Shown: in pieces, positions 36,794 through 46,859 of the stretch | Position numbering within the stretch: position 1 is the stretch's first letter | Layout: each line of letters begins with the position of its first letter | Source: a virus | Taxonomy: Duplodnaviria > Caudoviricetes | Length of the DNA: 64,000 nt | Virus record (IMG/VR): IMGVR_UViG_3300032038_000059 | Span: 9,297 to 73,296 of that record | Reading direction: 5' to 3' (one strand) | Translations under genes and position numbers: made by a program | Notes under the pieces: generated by a model | The model's input: the letters and a program-made list of their open reading frames with translations, nothing else | The model's database searches: none | What the model was told of the DNA's origin: nothing

Positions 36794-37152
36794 CCGTCTT
36801 CCCTCATCTGATCCGCACAAATCATCAGAAGATCATACCAATTATCAACATCGGTATCTTCACCTTTGATTAATGCGATAGCAAGCTTCTTAGCGTCCTG
36901 AAGATTTTTAACACGCCCATCACCACTCTCAAGATTGTGATGCTCCATCAGTCCTGCATAGAAACATTGAAGCGTAGTTCTTGGAAGATCTGAAATTCCT
37001 GCAAGTAGAGATCTCATATCGTTTTCACCTTCCGCATTGGCAACCACCATCATAAGAGTAGCGATGCGATCAATGCATTCACCATAAAGAGATGCTTCAA
37101 CGGAGAACTCCAGTTTGTATTCTTCTCCATTAATATTAAGAACCTTATACAT
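36700..37152 (-). CDS. Tail assembly chaperone (gpG-like)
   Basis: Position between the major tail and tape measure genes; slippery site near the end. Confidence 0.85.
   Translation of the reverse strand: MYKVLNINGEEYKLEFSVEASLYGECIDRIATLMMVVANAEGENDMRSLLAGISDLPRTTLQCFYAGLMEHHNLESGDGRVKNLQDAKKLAIALIKGEDTDVDNWYDLLMICADQMREDGFFDLVGLGTSEKKPKVVPQDHKRKTKASGN
36787..36793 (-). other. -1 slippery heptamer T TTT TTC
   Basis: GAC GGT TTT TTC GAT (DGFFD) in the chaperone, in the correct XXXYYYZ phase. Confidence 0.75.
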
Positions 37153-37187
37153 ATAAATGCTGACCTCCTATATGTTTCAAATTAGCA

Positions 37188-37667
37188 TCACGCTGTCGGA
37201 GTAACCTTGGTGTCAAGACCTATGTACTCATCGATGGTGATAGAGATATCGCCCGTGAGCAGTTCGTTCTGACCGAAATCGGGCATCGGGACTTTTGTAC
37301 CCGGTTGTCCGACCACAAAAAAGGCTTTCGTAAGGTTCGGGGCGGCGACTTGGAACCAAGTTCTCTTGTTTTCAGAAAGTGCTTCAGAAGCTGCTTCCAT
37401 CATTGCTTCAATAAGCGGGATTGTTTCATTTGTGAGGTTGAAAGTTACGCTCCATTCACCGCCAGTACTCTGTCTACCTGCGATAGTTCTCTCTTGATAA
37501 TCCTCAAGGGCAGAAGCATCGATAGTCTCTGTGTCAAGTTCGATACCAGAAATCGAATTTACACGGGGGAGTTGAGTAAAGGTAGCAGGTTTAGTTCCTG
37601 CGGTTGTCTCAACACCATATGAAAGTGTAACGCCGAGAGTGGAAATACCAGAAATAGATACTGCCAT
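37188..37667 (-). CDS. Major tail (tube) protein
   Basis: GVETTAGTKP..F....ETIDASALED...IAGRQSTGG. Confidence 0.88.
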   Translation of the reverse strand: MAVSISGISTLGVTLSYGVETTAGTKPATFTQLPRVNSISGIELDTETIDASALEDYQERTIAGRQSTGGEWSVTFNLTNETIPLIEAMMEAASEALSENKRTWFQVAAPNLTKAFFVVGQPGTKVPMPDFGQNELLTGDISITIDEYIGLDTKVTPTA

Positions 37668-37738
37668 TGTATTATTCCTCCCATAGATTTTTTAGGTTAG
37701 CGGTTGCCTCCTATTGGCAATCGGTAATGTATTAAGTT

Positions 37739-38164
37739 TCAGAATGATCCAAGCGGTTTAAGGAAATATCCGCAATAATGAGCCATCGTGAATCGACTTG
37801 TAATCTTTGTAACAGTATCACTTACTCTTACTATTTCTGAATCTCCCACGCGCCTGAATCCTAGTTCAAGAAAGAAGTCTGCGCTTGCATCATCAATGCC
37901 GTAAAGCACTGAATAACGATTATTATTAATGTATCCTTCGGCTTCATACGTCAGTGTAACGGAAGCTTCATCGCCCTCCAGATCACTACCATTTGTAGGT
38001 CTGCCGATCAGTTTAAGGTTTGCATACGGAAATTCAGCTTGTTTTGTCGCATCAAATACAGTGCCGAAGTGAGTTGCATTTGACTTTCCGAGGAGATATA
38101 CTCTCCACGCCTTATATATGGCATTTGTATCAATCCTAATTGATTTTCCCATATCACTTACCAA
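37739..38164 (-). CDS. Tail terminator / completion protein
   Basis: FPYANL motif and synteny. Confidence 0.65.
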   Translation of the reverse strand: MVSDMGKSIRIDTNAIYKAWRVYLLGKSNATHFGTVFDATKQAEFPYANLKLIGRPTNGSDLEGDEASVTLTYEAEGYINNNRYSVLYGIDDASADFFLELGFRRVGDSEIVRVSDTVTKITSRFTMAHYCGYFLKPLGSF

Positions 38165-38678
38165 ATACCTCTCTAGCTACACTAATGAATTGATTTCGAA
38201 TCTCTTCATCTGCGCTGCTCATCGGTTTTGCTGCGCTAGTTCCGTAAGTAAATCTTACTCTACCAAGATCTTGATCATAGTAAAACCAGTAATCGTTCGC
38301 ACCCTTGCCTTGACCATAAGAGCCAATTGTTAACCCAAGTTCTCCACCTTTTGGGTGAGGACTTGTCCCTACTGGAGTGTTGTAATGAATACCTGCACCG
38401 AATTCAACAAATGCCACATCTCTACCTGCCAGAACAAGCGTTGCTGTTACTTTGCTGTCGTTTTCATCTAGCCAAATATATGTATTAAGATCGTTTCCGT
38501 TTGAAGATCCACGAAACGAGGTTTTCTTCTGCTCAACGATCTTTAGTCCAAGTTCGGCTAGTCTTTGGACGAAAATCGAAGACTTCAGACGAAGTTCTTC
38601 TTTATATTCTCGCAACAGCTTTACTGTTTCATTAATTGAAGCCGATGACAGACGCATCTTAATAACTCTTTTAGCCAT
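38154..38678 (-). CDS. HK97 gp10-like neck protein (start at MAKRVIK)
   Basis: VAFVEFGAG motif and synteny. Confidence 0.75.
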   Translation of the reverse strand: MAKRVIKMRLSSASINETVKLLREYKEELRLKSSIFVQRLAELGLKIVEQKKTSFRGSSNGNDLNTYIWLDENDSKVTATLVLAGRDVAFVEFGAGIHYNTPVGTSPHPKGGELGLTIGSYGQGKGANDYWFYYDQDLGRVRFTYGTSAAKPMSSADEEIRNQFISVAREVFGK

Positions 38679-39060
38679 TTCCTGCGATCTTCTTAATCCC
38701 GTATCGGGCGATTGTTCCCTTCTTCGTATCCATAACGTGTGACAACACATAATCTGGCTGAGTATACGGGACTCCATTCACATCTACAGCAAGCTTCCCT
38801 GTAGTTGTCAATTGTGGAACGATGTCCACAAACAGAAGCATCCCTTCTGTCGGCTTGAAATCTCTGTCAAATACAACGATGTATCGCGTATATTCAGCAA
38901 CGATACCGACCGGGAGTTCATGTGGAGTGCCAGATGTATTGGATACTGTAACTCGATGTTTTTCTGGCTTGCTGTAATTCAGCTTAATTTCCTGTTCGGA
39001 ATCATCTCTCGTTGACGTACAAAACCAGACATCTTGTTTTCTTCTTTGCAGACTTCTCAT
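38671..39060 (-). CDS. Head closure protein (start at MRSLQRRKQ)
   Basis: MRSLQRRKQ.VWF...PDYVLSHV; synteny. Confidence 0.7.
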   Translation of the reverse strand: MRSLQRRKQDVWFCTSTRDDSEQEIKLNYSKPEKHRVTVSNTSGTPHELPVGIVAEYTRYIVVFDRDFKPTEGMLLFVDIVPQLTTTGKLAVDVNGVPYTQPDYVLSHVMDTKKGTIARYGIKKIAGNG

Positions 39061-39164
39061 GAATGCGACCTCACTTAAAAATTGTTCCAGACCCTCCAGT
39101 TTCAATTGGAACACCCTACGCCATAGCCGGGAGGTCAGCTTCGCGTCCATGACGCACTCTCTTC

Positions 39165-39533
39165 CTACTTATTTTTTTGTAGAACATTTGAGACTGGAAT
39201 GATGCCCTTGAAGTAGCTATCAGGTGTACCTCCGCTTTCCCATGATGTCGTTTGACCAGACTCATAGAAAGTTGTTACACCTTCTTTTCCGATCTTGTCA
39301 TAGTGATACTCCATGATTCTGCGGATGTTACTCCTGTAATGATGCAACACCTCTTCTGTCTGACGGTCAAATTGCGCATCCGTCTTGTAGCCAAATGGAT
39401 ATCTCGCATTCCTAACTTCTTCGATGGCATCATCTACGATGGACTCAATGAGGTCTGCCTGTTCATCTTTGTAGTCATCAGCAGCGTATTGAATTAAGAT
39501 ATAAATTAATTCTTCTCTCGTTGTGTCCATCAT
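39165..39533 (-). CDS. Head-tail connector protein
   Basis: YDKIGKEGVTTFYESG; synteny. Confidence 0.75.
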   Translation of the reverse strand: MMDTTREELIYILIQYAADDYKDEQADLIESIVDDAIEEVRNARYPFGYKTDAQFDRQTEEVLHHYRSNIRRIMEYHYDKIGKEGVTTFYESGQTTSWESGGTPDSYFKGIIPVSNVLQKNK

Positions 39534-39539
39534 AGCGAA

Positions 39540-39713
39540 TTACTCCCTTCTGGGTCTTCCACGCCTATGCTGAGAAGCTGTAACTTCTTCAGTTTTTTCT
39601 TTCACGGCAACTTTCTTCTCAACATCCACGGACTTCTCTTCTTCTTCAATCGGAACATCTTCGCCCGGAGCGTAATAAATGCCGTTATGATTGACGTTGT
39701 AGTTAAATTTCAT
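39540..39713 (-). CDS. Small capsid-adjacent protein (57 aa, not in the ORF track)
   Basis: MKFNYNVNHNGIYYAPGEDVP...RRGRPRRE. Confidence 0.6.
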   Translation of the reverse strand: MKFNYNVNHNGIYYAPGEDVPIEEEEKSVDVEKKVAVKEKTEEVTASQHRRGRPRRE

Positions 39714-39714
39714 G

Positions 39715-40782
39715 TTATCTCACCTTGATGACATACAGACCATCCATACCCTCAAAGGACGGAAGCGCGATCTGAGAAACAGTGGTTTCATGTCTGACAG
39801 GCGGTCCATAAATGTTCTGAATAGCAACCGCGATACCAGAATCAAGGACTGCCACGTCAACCTTAGAATCACCCATAAGAGTTCTCTCTTCCGGGGTTAC
39901 ACCGAAATACATCGTACCAAGCTTCTCCTCGCCGATAATGGATACATAGCCATCCGGGTAAAACTTATGCTCAGTTCCGTCATAGTCCTTGTATTTCTTA
40001 TCGTAGATGATCGGTGTAAGACCAGTCTTACGAGAGAAGACTTCTCTTGCTGTCTGACGATCAAGGAAATCTACTGCATTACCAGTGATGGTAATAAGCG
40101 CATTCTTAATCTGGTTAGAAGCTACAAGAAGGTTAAGAGTGGTGGAGTTCATCATCGCATAACGTGCGATATAGCCTTTATCAGAAAGCTTATCTACGCC
40201 TGTCTGAATATCATCGAGCGGTTTCGCTGTAGATGCATTATTCCAAGTGGCATTGCCAGACAGTGCAAGATAATTACCAGTCTTCCAACTTCCATCAGAA
40301 TCGTAATTATAGTTGTAAATCGTGTTATCCTTTGCACCGATAACGATCTTCAGGTTACCAGAATCCGGGGCGATAAGGGACATCCTCATTCGTTCCGTGG
40401 CGATTCTTGCACCAGTCACAAGATTTGCAACATCGTCATAAACGTTGTTGATCGCATCCTGCACATACGGATCGTTAGACTCCGTTGCTCTCATGATATC
40501 GGAGAGATCCTTTTCGGAAACCTTCATAGATTCACGGAAAAGGGGCATCTCTTCACGAACAACGTTGAAACCTTCGCGAGGTCTAATCGTTGCGAGTGCG
40601 TCATAAGCAGACGGAGCAAGCGTAAGACCTACGCCTGTATGCTGCTTAATCCAAGAAAGATCGATCCCCATTTTCTTCTGTGCCGGGAAGAATGCTTCTC
40701 CAAGATACGGCACTTGATTACTGGGATCGTTTGTAAGACGGAACGCGAGGGAACGCGCTGTAAAAACGTCATTAAAACGCAT
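39715..40782 (-). CDS. Major capsid protein (gpE family)
   Basis: YLGEAFFP, MPLFRESM, ERMRMSL, YFGVTPEE, TTVSQIALPSFE. Confidence 0.93.
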   Translation of the reverse strand: MRFNDVFTARSLAFRLTNDPSNQVPYLGEAFFPAQKKMGIDLSWIKQHTGVGLTLAPSAYDALATIRPREGFNVVREEMPLFRESMKVSEKDLSDIMRATESNDPYVQDAINNVYDDVANLVTGARIATERMRMSLIAPDSGNLKIVIGAKDNTIYNYNYDSDGSWKTGNYLALSGNATWNNASTAKPLDDIQTGVDKLSDKGYIARYAMMNSTTLNLLVASNQIKNALITITGNAVDFLDRQTAREVFSRKTGLTPIIYDKKYKDYDGTEHKFYPDGYVSIIGEEKLGTMYFGVTPEERTLMGDSKVDVAVLDSGIAVAIQNIYGPPVRHETTVSQIALPSFEGMDGLYVIKVR

Positions 40783-40854
40783 AATTAATTCCTCCCATAA
40801 ATGTTTTAGGTAAGCGACTACTTTCCAAATTAGTAGACGGTATTATTTCAATTA

Positions 40855-41223
40855 TTATTCGAATGCGATTCTGCATCCTGTAGCATTAAGGGCAGTTGTC
40901 AGAGCTTGATCATAAGTAAGACCAGAATTCTCCTGCGCACGAGCAGTATTAATATAACCAACCTTAACAACTGCGCCCTGTGGATGTCCTTCGTATGTGT
41001 CATGGAGCAGAATGCCTACCACAGAATCCCAAGGAGTAGACGTTACAACTTTACCAGATCCAAGGATCGGAGTTCCTGCCTTAACCACCTTTTCACCGTT
41101 CTCAGTGGCTGTTACACCAGTAAAATCAACGGTCATAGCTACGGCTTCAAACTCCTTGCGGTTAAGGATTTCGATTTCCTGACTGACAGCAAGCGTGTCA
41201 ATCTTCATATCGCCTCTTGCCAT
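40855..41223 (-). CDS. Head decoration protein
   Basis: KVVKAGTPI...VGILLHD; lies between scaffold and capsid genes. Confidence 0.75.
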   Translation of the reverse strand: MARGDMKIDTLAVSQEIEILNRKEFEAVAMTVDFTGVTATENGEKVVKAGTPILGSGKVVTSTPWDSVVGILLHDTYEGHPQGAVVKVGYINTARAQENSGLTYDQALTTALNATGCRIAFE

Positions 41224-41238
41224 TTTTTATTTCCTCCG

Positions 41239-41913
41239 TTAAATATAATTTTTTAAGATATTTTCATTCACGCCTCTTGAACCCATATGTTTAAGGGACG
41301 CTTTTGCAAGTTCCATTGCAGGATCATCTTTATCGAGATCTCCATGACCGGCATTGATATCAGGTCTGCTCTTAAGGAGATCCTGAATCGCATTATCAGC
41401 AGCCGTCTTTTCCCGTGCTTTTACAAATGCTCCAAGCGTATTGAAGAATGCGTCTGCATCTTCCATCTCAGGCATAGTGGAAGCAAATTTATCCGCATCT
41501 TCCTCAGTCATACCAACACCGACTAAACGCTTCGAATACTTACTTACACGGAGTTCTTTTTCCATCTCCGCAAAACGCTTTTCTCTGGCTTCCTGTGCTT
41601 CCTTCTCAAGCTGATCCGTGGTCATGAGATTTCTTGCCTTGTCAGACAGTTCTTTTTTCTCTTTTGTTAGCTTGTTGATGGAATTCTTATAGCGTTCTGC
41701 ATCTGCTTTTGACTTTGCGAGTTCAGCTTTGAGTGCTTCGATGCTTTCATGGTCATCTTCCTGCTGATCGTCCTGAAGACCAGAAATATCAGCACTGGCA
41801 TCGGAAGAACCACCACTTACACCATCATCTGGATCTAACATTAGCGGAAGCTTAAATCTGGCATTGTTGAAAAGTCTCGCATAGCCAAAATGGTTGTTCA
41901 TGTTTTTTCTCAT
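41239..41913 (-). CDS. Capsid scaffolding protein
   Basis: Acidic N-terminus, coiled coil, position before the capsid gene. Confidence 0.8.
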   Translation of the reverse strand: MRKNMNNHFGYARLFNNARFKLPLMLDPDDGVSGGSSDASADISGLQDDQQEDDHESIEALKAELAKSKADAERYKNSINKLTKEKKELSDKARNLMTTDQLEKEAQEAREKRFAEMEKELRVSKYSKRLVGVGMTEEDADKFASTMPEMEDADAFFNTLGAFVKAREKTAADNAIQDLLKSRPDINAGHGDLDKDDPAMELAKASLKHMGSRGVNENILKNYI

Positions 41914-41924
41914 AAAAGATTTTC

Positions 41925-42028
41925 CTTTCGTGTGATTACCCTTTCTCTAGGGGTTCTTGTGTAATAATTCGTGTGATTTTCATCTGCTTTCTCTAGCAGC
42001 TGTGTTATTTTACGTCCTTCTCTGGACG
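41925..42028 (-). promoter_or_regulatory. Three hairpins with identical AGAGAA loops in the scaffold leader
   Basis: cgtcc-AGAGAA-ggacg, ctgct-AGAGAA-agcag and ccct-AGAGAA-aggg, with recurrent AAT(C/A)ACAC spacers. Confidence 0.7.
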
Positions 42029-42055
42029 ATATATAAAATCCTTTCGGATATTATT

Positions 42056-42694
42056 TTATGAGTAAGACAGGGAACATCTGCAATTTACGATTTCCTCATC
42101 GCTCATCCCAAGTTCGTCTGAACGCGGATAGTAGCAATCGCCACCTTGCAGATGAAACACATCGTTAATCGGAATCGTCACCCCATTTACCTCTGCATGA
42201 CTTTCCCTTTCCTTGCCATCCATAATTGTTTCCCAAGTCTTGTAATGATACCCGTTATCAATTGCATCTTGGAACTCATCATAGTTATATATGGAATTTG
42301 CTTCATTTTCAGATATCAGTCTTGCACGATCTGCGGAATAATAGTATTCCTCATCAGGATGCCGATATGTTACAGAAATAATATCCGTAAGTACTGTCTC
42401 TGCATGATTTAAGAGATACTCATCAGGATTAAGGATATTATTTAGAATCAGGATGTATTCTTCATAGGCTCTGTCATATGCATCCGCATAAGGAATAGTC
42501 CCTTGTTGTTGCGCATAGAACATGAAGGACAGAAGACCTATCATTACATCTTCGAGTTGCTCCGCTAATTCAATACGCTTTCGCTTCTGCGCTTCAGAAA
42601 TTTTCATCGGAGCAAAATATTTTTCAAATGGTTCTGAGCGATTAAATCCTACAAGTTGATTTAACTCATCCCATGACATATTTGCGAAAGCCAT
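42056..42694 (-). CDS. Minor head / head morphogenesis protein (SPP1 gp7 / Mu F-like)
   Basis: KTWETIMDGKERESH..VNG...EIVNCRC. Confidence 0.88.
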   Translation of the reverse strand: MAFANMSWDELNQLVGFNRSEPFEKYFAPMKISEAQKRKRIELAEQLEDVMIGLLSFMFYAQQQGTIPYADAYDRAYEEYILILNNILNPDEYLLNHAETVLTDIISVTYRHPDEEYYYSADRARLISENEANSIYNYDEFQDAIDNGYHYKTWETIMDGKERESHAEVNGVTIPINDVFHLQGGDCYYPRSDELGMSDEEIVNCRCSLSYS

Positions 42695-42696
42695 AT

Positions 42697-44283
42697 TTAT
42701 GTTCCTTGTTGCAACCTTGGACTATTGCTTATTTGGTCTGATTGGTCTTGAAGAATTCTATCATCAGAACCCATTTCCTTCTCCGGGTCTGTAGCTTGTC
42801 CACCAGTCTGTGTTGGCTGTTGGATACAAACTTTCTCCTGATAAGCCATCATCATATCTTTAGAGTCATTCCAAACCTGTTCGGAATCTTCGAACAACTC
42901 AACAATCTTGATTGCATGACGAGGATGTACGCCACGCCCGACAAGTGTTGCAAGCGCATTTGCCTTAACTGACATATCGTAGTTACGTCTTCTGGCAAAA
43001 TGGATGTCGATATCCGTATGATGTAATTTCCTAATAGGATTGTCTAATGGCAGAACATTTTCTGGAACAAACTTAATTGCCTTAAGAATCAGCTTTAATT
43101 CTTTTCTCGCAGCATACTCGATGACGTTCTGTTCACCGAGTGCATCGAGTTCCAAAGCAGACCAACCTGCCGACATATCCATAGCAGACCCGGTTGAACC
43201 ACCACCAGATGACTCAGACTGAATCGGGACGAAACACTTCTGAAGAATATGGTTAAATTTCCTGTAAATCTGATTCTGAGAGGATGCTCCGTCATAAGTA
43301 CTTGCCAAAGGAGCAATCTTTGCATCGGACGCTCTATCATTTAATCCTTGTGGAGTTACTGTAAGCACCCATTCACCGGATTTCGGTTCGATAACATTGC
43401 CATTTTCATCGGTTGGAAGCCCGATATTATGTCCCCACCAAATATCCTGCGTTCTCTGTGTGGAATCGTTAGCCACATCGGATACCTGTGCATCAAGCGC
43501 ATCCATATCATCAATGCAATGCTCAAAGCATCCAGTCATCTTAACATCTCTATCCCACTCGACAATCGGGATCATGCCGAGAAGATTAACTGTTTGAGAT
43601 ACAATTTCTCCACCGACTATCTCGAATATGAATCGATCTGTAAAACAAGTAAAACGCTTCGTCATATCTTCCAGAAGCGTAAATGTAACTCCAAGCACTT
43701 CTTTTCGACCAATTCCGTTATAGTAAACGATAAATGTATTCCGGGAATCCAAATCATATATATGGCACAAAGAGCCAATATACTCCCCTTGGTCAGTGAC
43801 CAGAATGTCATCATTCTTAAACTCATCTGCGGATTTGATATCCACCATCGAATAGCCTACACCTGCTTTTTCTACAAAATCGGCAATGCGTTGACGTTTT
43901 GAAGCGATATCCTCCCCATTCCGCATCATTTCGTTTAATCCCGCAATTCCCCTGTCATCCACTTCCTTCTGCGAGACATGAATTTCTTCGTTGCCACGCT
44001 GAATGTACATCGCAGGAGTTCCCCAGAAATAAGATGTCCTGAATCTTGTTACATAGTGAGCGATATTATCAACAACATGATAATCGATATCTTCACGAAC
44101 TTCCTTTTTTCTGTCTCTGATCTTCGGATGTATCCCGGATTCATAATCAATCAGGAAATCAATATCATTTACATTCGCACAATGCTTCGCATAGGCTTTC
44201 CCGAGCACGGAAACCACATTTGAAGCATCTATGTACTTTTCATCCGTGTATATTCGGCTTCTGCCTACGTGATTGAGTTCCAT
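42697..44283 (-). CDS. Portal protein (SPP1 gp6-like)
   Basis: DNIAHYVTRFRTSYFWGTP, LLGMIPIVEW; follows terL. Confidence 0.9.
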   Translation of the reverse strand: MELNHVGRSRIYTDEKYIDASNVVSVLGKAYAKHCANVNDIDFLIDYESGIHPKIRDRKKEVREDIDYHVVDNIAHYVTRFRTSYFWGTPAMYIQRGNEEIHVSQKEVDDRGIAGLNEMMRNGEDIASKRQRIADFVEKAGVGYSMVDIKSADEFKNDDILVTDQGEYIGSLCHIYDLDSRNTFIVYYNGIGRKEVLGVTFTLLEDMTKRFTCFTDRFIFEIVGGEIVSQTVNLLGMIPIVEWDRDVKMTGCFEHCIDDMDALDAQVSDVANDSTQRTQDIWWGHNIGLPTDENGNVIEPKSGEWVLTVTPQGLNDRASDAKIAPLASTYDGASSQNQIYRKFNHILQKCFVPIQSESSGGGSTGSAMDMSAGWSALELDALGEQNVIEYAARKELKLILKAIKFVPENVLPLDNPIRKLHHTDIDIHFARRRNYDMSVKANALATLVGRGVHPRHAIKIVELFEDSEQVWNDSKDMMMAYQEKVCIQQPTQTGGQATDPEKEMGSDDRILQDQSDQISNSPRLQQGT

Positions 44284-44284
44284 G

Positions 44285-44461
44285 TTATTTCTCCATTTTT
44301 TCCTTCTTTTTAAGCATCGACTTATATTCCTCAGTGGTCATGTAGACTCCACGAAACTGTACTCCAGACGATGTTCTGATATCCTTTGACGGCATCCTGA
44401 CCCATATCAGACCACCATATGTGTTCCAATCGTTTAACCGACTTTTTTCTGTCTTCTTCAT
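44285..44461 (-). CDS. Small hypothetical protein (58 aa)
   Basis: Manual translation MKKTEKSRLNDWNTYGG... Confidence 0.4.
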   Translation of the reverse strand: MKKTEKSRLNDWNTYGGLIWVRMPSKDIRTSSGVQFRGVYMTTEEYKSMLKKKEKMEK

Positions 44462-44518
44462 TTCATAGTCTTCCTATGATATCATCCTAACAAAAATTTC
44501 TATGCATTTTATGCGGAT

Positions 44519-44938
44519 TCAAAACTTGTATTTATCCAGTATTCTGCTGATTAAACTCTGGTCATAATGCATAGCCATCGCTATCTGTAATTGACTCTTT
44601 CCGTCCAAATAGTAGTATTTGCAAACGAGTCTATCTCTGGCATCATCAATCGCCTTAATATAATCGAGTATCTCCTGAGTTAATTCAACCAGTTCAGCTT
44701 CATCATTCTCATACTGATTAAGCTGCAACATCAATCTAGTCTTCTTAAGGGTATAGTCACGAATCGGCACACCCTCTATGAGAAAGTGCTGTATTCCACC
44801 GTCCCCACCAGTTACACTATCCTTAACTGTCCCAAGGCTTTCGATATCAGCGAGTTGTTTTTTAGTTCTTGATATCCTTCTTTCAAGATCCTTCAGTTCT
44901 TTTTCAAGATATCTGTACTGTTTTAACTTTGATGCCAT
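44519..44938 (-). CDS. ArpU/RinA-like late transcription regulator
   Basis: LKQYRYLEKE...RLVCKYYYLDGKSQLQIAMAMHY. Confidence 0.75.
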   Translation of the reverse strand: MASKLKQYRYLEKELKDLERRISRTKKQLADIESLGTVKDSVTGGDGGIQHFLIEGVPIRDYTLKKTRLMLQLNQYENDEAELVELTQEILDYIKAIDDARDRLVCKYYYLDGKSQLQIAMAMHYDQSLISRILDKYKF

Positions 44939-44948
44939 TGGTTTCCTC

Positions 44949-46655
44949 TTATATCAGGCTTTTTACAATTCTTGTCGGAATCGGGTTTCCACCTTCAATG
45001 AACATTTCCAACTGAGTCAATCCGTCAGCTGCATCATCATGGTCATTCTTACCCATTGTCACTGTCATACATAACTCTTCCATCGCTTCCTGATATTCCG
45101 GGGTGCGATGTTCTTCATCCAAGAAATGATATTTCCGTTTAATATCCCCAGAATAAGCAATGATTTTCTCCATCTTCGCCATAGTTGACGGTGCTTTTTT
45201 TGAAGTGCAGCTGCATTTGTAATTATGTTCTTGAAGTCTTTCATTTACATACTGAGCATACAGATCACCACCCGTATTACCTTCGAAACGGATCTGCCGA
45301 ATCTCATTGCTCATGATCTGCCCGGTTACTAACGGCAGTGTCTCTTCCTTCTTGCCCTTGTTAAACACCCATGCGAAAATATAAACATCTCCGTTTTCAT
45401 ACTCTCTCCCAATGGGCATAGATAAGCTATCTCCACCGCCCCATGCAACATCAACCGCAGATACTACTCTGCTGTCACCTTCAGGGAGAACTCCGTTATA
45501 AAATTGCAATTCATCTTCTGGGTACAGAAGTCCTTCACGGACAAATGGTTTTTGCTGATACTTTGCTTCCCACTCATTCTTATCGAGCCTAGATCTCACT
45601 TCCTTGAAATATTCTGTGGAAAACCCAAGTCCGTAAGCATAATCAAAATTGCTTTCGTCCTTCTCATTAAGCGCAGGAACTCTGATAAAGTGATACAGAG
45701 GATCGTTTTTCTTCTCTGTTTTCACCCTGTTTAGTGGATCAATTACATTCCACATTGTGCCTACCATAAGTTCTTTTGATCCGTCATTCTTACGGTCTAC
45801 AAGAACATTCAGGTAATCCTGATAGCGATTTTCCAGACGAGTAGGACTCAGTGATTCCATTCTGTCGCGTACTAAGTCATCGACATACAAATATCCATCA
45901 GAGGAAATATCAACAGCACCTGTCCACGTACCGTCAATTCCCCGACAGGTTAATGTCGGGAAGCGATCTGGTTTATCGAGGTTAATCTCTTTTTTATCTG
46001 CCGATTTTTTTTGAATCGTAGCAATCGGGAAAATTTCACGGAATGTGTATTCTTCTGTGGCTATCAGGTTTAATATTTCTCCGTAAAATCCATCTGCAAG
46101 AATTCCAGAATGTCCAGACATAGCATTGTGGCTATTTGGACGTTTCCCCATGATCCATGCCAAGAAGAAAATACAAAGTGTGGATTTGCCCACGCGAGGT
46201 GGTAAACTCACTCCGAGGAACTTATATTTCCCGTCTTCAAGATTCTGCAACTCCTCCGCTACTATATGAAGTGTCTTTTCTCTAGGGCGATAAAACTGTC
46301 TTTCTATAGGACGGTTCTTCTCCATGTAATAGATGAATGAAGTGAAGATATTCGGTGCTTCAAACTTCAGCAACTTCCAGTACAAATCATCAAACTGACC
46401 ACTACCAGTCTGCTGTGCTTCATAAGCAGCCATCTGATGTGTATACTTGCTGATCTTCATGGCATAGTTCTGGAGTTCTTTATCTTCATAGAAATTTGTA
46501 TTTTCCCGAAAATCCAGAAGCAACTGAAATATGTCATATTGATTCGAAAACAATGACAGATCTTCGTTGACTAGCTGTTTGAAAATCTCCTGATATTTAC
46601 TTACGTCCATAAAAAAAGAGCCTCCTGTCGCATAGTGTCCTGCGACAAGAGACAC
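44949..46655 (-). CDS. terL: Terminase large subunit
   Basis: SLPPRVGKST Walker A, LYVDDLV Walker B, VDVAWGGGDSL and HDDAADGL nuclease motifs. Confidence 0.95.
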   Translation of the reverse strand: MSLVAGHYATGGSFFMDVSKYQEIFKQLVNEDLSLFSNQYDIFQLLLDFRENTNFYEDKELQNYAMKISKYTHQMAAYEAQQTGSGQFDDLYWKLLKFEAPNIFTSFIYYMEKNRPIERQFYRPREKTLHIVAEELQNLEDGKYKFLGVSLPPRVGKSTLCIFFLAWIMGKRPNSHNAMSGHSGILADGFYGEILNLIATEEYTFREIFPIATIQKKSADKKEINLDKPDRFPTLTCRGIDGTWTGAVDISSDGYLYVDDLVRDRMESLSPTRLENRYQDYLNVLVDRKNDGSKELMVGTMWNVIDPLNRVKTEKKNDPLYHFIRVPALNEKDESNFDYAYGLGFSTEYFKEVRSRLDKNEWEAKYQQKPFVREGLLYPEDELQFYNGVLPEGDSRVVSAVDVAWGGGDSLSMPIGREYENGDVYIFAWVFNKGKKEETLPLVTGQIMSNEIRQIRFEGNTGGDLYAQYVNERLQEHNYKCSCTSKKAPSTMAKMEKIIAYSGDIKRKYHFLDEEHRTPEYQEAMEELCMTVTMGKNDHDDAADGLTQLEMFIEGGNPIPTRIVKSLI

Positions 46656-46661
46656 TCAATA

Positions 46662-46859
46662 TTATTTCGTATTCACCTCATAGGCATTCTTGCACTTCTG
46701 GCACTCGAAGAATTGCCCTTGTATGATAGCACCCGGCGTAAGTTTGAATTGCTTTTTTCCGCAGTATGGACAGATAATCCACGTAAAGATCCCGATCGTT
46801 TCAGCTTTTGCCTGATAATCATCAGGTATCGGCTCATTTAATATGTAATCGTTCGCCAT
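46662..46859 (-). CDS. Zinc-ribbon protein
   Basis: CPYC...CQKC. Confidence 0.6.
   Translation of the reverse strand: MANDYILNEPIPDDYQAKAETIGIFTWIICPYCGKKQFKLTPGAIIQGQFFECQKCKNAYEVNTK

Noticed and set aside
39712-40788. 358-aa plus-strand ORF
   Set aside because: Exact antisense shadow of the major capsid gene; no RBS or recognisable motifs
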